From Methylorubrum extorquens (GTDB taxonomy: Bacteria; Pseudomonadota; Alphaproteobacteria; Rhizobiales; Beijerinckiaceae): 39,543 bases of DNA. Where the stretch lies: positions 1 to 39,543 of the forward strand of contig JAEUAC010000284.1 in assembly GCA_019695455.1 (NCBI GenBank). Direction: 5' to 3'. Position numbers and translations under genes: made by a program. Positions within the stretch are counted from its first letter, which is position 1; the number at the start of each line of letters is the position of its first letter. Below the pieces are notes generated by a model, which was given only the letters and a program-made list of their open reading frames with translations, made no database searches and was not told the origin of the DNA. Positions 36,351 to 39,543 of this stretch are shown one piece after another.

Positions 36351-36379
36351 ATAGTAAGGAAATTTCCTTACCCGTGCAA
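36351..36379 (-). promoter_or_regulatory. prlF-yhaV promoter containing a perfect 18-bp operator palindrome
   Basis: Minus strand TTGCAC-N17-TACTAT. The palindrome GTAAGGAAATTTCCTTAC (36354-36371) covers the spacer and part of the -10 element. Confidence 0.75.
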
Positions 36380-36497
36380 CCTGCCCCCGGCCCATGCCCG
36401 CAGGCCCGCCCTGCGCGGGGGCGGGTTGACCCGCGGGCGGGCTGGCTCGATGGATGCTAGGGCCGGTGGGGGACCCGCGAGCCCCGAGGAGACATCC

Positions 36498-37883
36498 GTG
36501 ACCGTTCTGCCGAACTCCCTCCAGGCGCGCGACATCGCCTTCCAGGTCCATCCCTACACGAACCTGCGCCGCCACGAGCGCACGGGTCCCATGGTGATCG
36601 AGCGTGGGTCGGGCATCCACGTCTACGACGACGCCGGCCGCGAATACATCGAGGCGATGTCCGGGCTCTGGAGCGTGGGCGTCGGCTTCGGCGAGGAGCG
36701 CCTCGTCCAGGCGGCCGCCAAGCAGATGGGCAAGCTGCCCTACTATCATTCCTTCACGCACAAGGCGAACGAGCCCGCGATCCTGCTCGCGGAACAGCTC
36801 GTCCGGATGACGCCGGCCGGGCTGGACCACGTCTTCTTCACCAATTCGGGGTCGGAGGCGAACGACACGGTCGTCAAGATCGTCTGGTACTACAACAACG
36901 CGATCGGCCGGCCGGAGAAGAAGAAGTTCGTCGCCCGCAACGGCGGCTACCACGGGATCACCATCGCGTCCGGGTCGCTGACGGGCCTGCAGGTGAACCA
37001 GAAGGGCTTCGACCTGCCGCTCGACTTCGTGCGCCACCTCACCTGCCCGCACTTCTACCGCTACGGCCACGACGGCGAGACGGAGGCGGCCTTCCTGGAC
37101 CGGCTCGCGGCCGAGTTCGAGGAGCTGATCGAGCGCGAGGGCGCGCACACGATCGCGGCCTTCATCGGCGAGCCGCTCATGGGCGCGGGCGGCGTGCTCG
37201 TGCCGCCGGAAGGGTATTGGGAGCGCATGCAGGCCATCTGCCGCCAGCACGACATCCTGGTCGTGGCGGACGAGGTCATCAACGGTTTCGGCCGGCTCGG
37301 CATGACCTTCGCCTGCGAGCATTTCGGCATCCAGCCGGACATGCTCGTCCTGTCGAAGCAGATCACGTCCTCCTACCAGCCGCTCGCCGCCATCGTGTTC
37401 TCGGACGCGATCTACCAGGGCGTCGCCGACGGCTCGGAGGCGCTCGGCACCTTCGGCCACGGCTTCACGGCCTCCGGCCACCCGGTCGCGACCGCCGTCG
37501 GGCTCGAGAACCTCGCCATCATCGAGGAGCGCGGCCTCGTCCAGAACGCCGCGACCGTCGGCGCGCACCTGCAGCGCGCGCTGGCGCGCTTCGCCGACCA
37601 CCCGCTCGTCGGCGAGATCCGCGGGATCGGCCTCATCGCGGCGATCGAGCTCGTGGCCGACAAGGCGACGAAGCGGCCCTTCGAGCCGCTCGGCAAGGTC
37701 GGCTTCTACCTGTTCGAGCGCGCCCAGGAGCACGGGCTGATCATCCGCAACGTGCGCGACGCCATCGCCTTCTGCCCGCCGATGATCATCACCGAGGCCC
37801 AGGTCGACGAGCTCGTCGCGCGCTTCGCCCGGGCGCTCGAGGAGACGACGGCCTGGGTCGAGGCCGGCATGCCGGCCGTCTGA
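36498..37883 (+). CDS. Class III PLP aminotransferase (omega-amino acid/putrescine:pyruvate type)
   Basis: MSGLWSV, FTNSGSEAND, YHG, FIGEP, ADEVINGFGR, SKQITS and HGFTASGHP motifs. GAGGAG RBS before the GTG at 36498. Confidence 0.9.
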   Translation: MTVLPNSLQARDIAFQVHPYTNLRRHERTGPMVIERGSGIHVYDDAGREYIEAMSGLWSVGVGFGEERLVQAAAKQMGKLPYYHSFTHKANEPAILLAEQLVRMTPAGLDHVFFTNSGSEANDTVVKIVWYYNNAIGRPEKKKFVARNGGYHGITIASGSLTGLQVNQKGFDLPLDFVRHLTCPHFYRYGHDGETEAAFLDRLAAEFEELIEREGAHTIAAFIGEPLMGAGGVLVPPEGYWERMQAICRQHDILVVADEVINGFGRLGMTFACEHFGIQPDMLVLSKQITSSYQPLAAIVFSDAIYQGVADGSEALGTFGHGFTASGHPVATAVGLENLAIIEERGLVQNAATVGAHLQRALARFADHPLVGEIRGIGLIAAIELVADKATKRPFEPLGKVGFYLFERAQEHGLIIRNVRDAIAFCPPMIITEAQVDELVARFARALEETTAWVEAGMPAV

Positions 37884-37902
37884 GCCGGCCCCGCCCCCAC
37901 CA

Positions 37903-37969
37903 CCGATCACCCCGGCGAAGGCCGGGGCCCGGGCCGGGCATGGATCCCGACCTTCGTCGGGACGAGCGG
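37903..37969. repeat. REP-like palindromic element (family A) between convergent genes
   Basis: CCCCGGCGAAGGCCGGGG and TCCCGACCTTCGTCGGGA hairpins, ending in GAGCGG like the 29.7 kb units. Confidence 0.65.
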
Positions 37970-37977
37970 GAGGGCGA

Positions 37978-38805
37978 TCAGCCGGCGCGGTCGCCGCGCA
38001 GGCGCGGATCGAGGCGGTCGCGCAGGCCGTCGCCGAGGAGGTTCAGGCCGAGCACCGTCAGGGCGATCGCGAGGCCCGGCACGATCGCGAGATGCGGGGC
38101 CGCGGCGAGGAACGTCTGCGAATCCGCCAGCATCCGGCCCCAGCTCGGGTTCGGCGGCCGGACGCCCAGCCCGAGATAGCTGAGGCCGGCCTCCGTCAGG
38201 ATGGCGAGCGCGAGCTGGATCGTCGCCTGCACGACGAGGACGCCCGCGATGTTCGGCAGCACCTCCGTCGCGACGATGCCGAGCGGCCGGCGCCCGAGCG
38301 AGCGCGCCGCCGCGACGTAGTCCTGCGCCAGGACGCCGAGCGCGAGCGCGCGCGAGACCCGCGCGAAGACCGGCACGTTGAAGATCGCGATGGCCAGGAT
38401 GGCGGCCGTGGGCCCGGAGCCGAGGACGGCGCCGACCATGATGGCCGACAGGACCGCCGGGAACGCGAAGACGACGTCCAGGATCCGCATCACGACCGTC
38501 TCGAACGCGCCGCGCAGCGTCGCGGCCGCGCAGCCGAGCGCGATGCCGACGGCCGCGCCCGCCAGGACGGCCGGCAGGCCGAGGGCGAGCGAGTTCCAGG
38601 CGCCGCCGATCAGGAGCGAGAGCACGTCGCGCCCGAAATGGTCGGTGCCGAGCAGCCCCGCCTCGAGCGGCGGCTTCAGGCGGAGCGCGACGCGCACGCG
38701 CCCCGTCGGCTCGGGCGTCCAGACGAGCGACAGGAGCGCGGTCCCGACGAACAGCGTCGTCAGCGCCGCCCCGATCCGCAGGGGAAGGTCGCGGACCAGC
38801 CTCAT
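37978..38805 (-). CDS. Peptide/nickel ABC permease (DppC-like)
   Basis: LLGTDHFGRD, EAGLSYLGLG..PP.PSWG and GDGLRDRLDPR motifs. Confidence 0.9.
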   Translation of the reverse strand: MRLVRDLPLRIGAALTTLFVGTALLSLVWTPEPTGRVRVALRLKPPLEAGLLGTDHFGRDVLSLLIGGAWNSLALGLPAVLAGAAVGIALGCAAATLRGAFETVVMRILDVVFAFPAVLSAIMVGAVLGSGPTAAILAIAIFNVPVFARVSRALALGVLAQDYVAAARSLGRRPLGIVATEVLPNIAGVLVVQATIQLALAILTEAGLSYLGLGVRPPNPSWGRMLADSQTFLAAAPHLAIVPGLAIALTVLGLNLLGDGLRDRLDPRLRGDRAG

Positions 38806-39543
38806 GCGCGGCGCCTCAGCCGCGGATCGATGAAGACGTAGGCGACGTCGACGAGCGCGTTCACGGCGATGACGATCGCGGCGAGCAGCAGCACGACGTT
38901 GCGCACCACGACGAGGTCGCGCTGGGCCAGCGCCTGGAAGGCCAGCCGGCCGAGGCCCGGCAGGTTGAACACGTTCTCGACGAGGATCGCGCCGCCGATC
39001 AGGAACGGCAGCTGCAGGCCGAGGATCGTCACGACGGGCACGAGCGCGTTCGGCACGACGTGCCGCCAGAGCGCGACCCGGCCCGACACGCCCTTGGCCC
39101 GCGCGGTCCGCACGAAGTCCGCGCCGATCGCGTCGAGCGTGGCCGACCGCACGATGCGGGCGAGGATCGCGGCCTGGGGCAGGGCCAGCGCGAGGGCGGG
39201 CAGGACGAGGCTCCGCAGCGCCGGAAGCGGACCGGCGGACCAGCCGGGAAAGCCGCCGGCCGGGAACCAGCCGAGCCCGGTCGCGAAGACCAGGACGAAG
39301 AGGAGGCCGAGCCAGAAGTTCGGCACCGCGACGCCCACCTGGCTGACGAGGCCGACGAGCCGGTCCGTCGCCCGGCCACGGCGCGCGGCCGCCACCACGC
39401 CGAGCGGCAGCGCGAGCGCGACCGTGACGAGGAGCGCGAGCCCGGCGAGCGGCAGCGAGACGGACGGGCGTTCGGGGACGAGCGTGCAGACGGGTATCAC
39501 GTAGGTGACCAAGCGGCCGAGATCGCCCGTCGCGAGCCCGGCG
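38802..39543 (-). CDS. Peptide/nickel ABC permease (DppB-like), 5' end beyond the window
   Basis: Frame is open to the window edge (AGLATGDLGR). PNFWLG, RTARAKG and ENVFNLPGLG motifs. Confidence 0.87.
   Translation of the reverse strand, partial: AGLATGDLGRLVTYVIPVCTLVPERPSVSLPLAGLALLVTVALALPLGVVAAARRGRATDRLVGLVSQVGVAVPNFWLGLLFVLVFATGLGWFPAGGFPGWSAGPLPALRSLVLPALALALPQAAILARIVRSATLDAIGADFVRTARAKGVSGRVALWRHVVPNALVPVVTILGLQLPFLIGGAILVENVFNLPGLGRLAFQALAQRDLVVVRNVVLLLAAIVIAVNALVDVAYVFIDPRLRRRA

Noticed and set aside
1-39543. Prophage, IS element, tRNA/rRNA or known anti-phage operon
   Set aside because: I recognised no integrase, transposase, phage structural gene, RNA-gene fold or known defence gene set. 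A covariance-model search would be needed to exclude small ncRNAs.

Overview
Very GC-rich chromosomal DNA from an alphaproteobacterium, probably Hyphomicrobiales and Methylobacteriaceae-like (inferred from gene content, REP-type repeats and the LexA box type). It is a dense metabolic and transport region. In order: end of a nucleoside-type ABC transporter, phd/vapC toxin-antitoxin (TA) pair, DUF3606, cytosine deaminase, a DEDDh exonuclease fused to a SWIM zinc finger, paoABC-type molybdo-flavoenzyme, an amidohydrolase/peptide-type ABC/amidohydrolase cluster with an embedded small secreted protein, a small ORF with a LexA box followed by DUF3095, modABC-modE (modC broken by a frameshifting deletion), ivd, a decayed fitA/vapC-like TA pair, a GntR-controlled ABC/araD-like dehydratase/RraA-HMG aldolase operon, REP-like repeats, an MFS transporter, Lrp with an AceE/MdeB-like E1, an SDR, prlF-yhaV, a class III aminotransferase and a partial dppBC. 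I saw no rRNA, tRNA, CRISPR array, integrase or transposase. The best candidates for new biology are the putative SOS-regulated small ORF plus cyclase-like DUF3095 unit and the exonuclease-SWIM fusion. All family calls come from motif recognition by eye, not from database searches.
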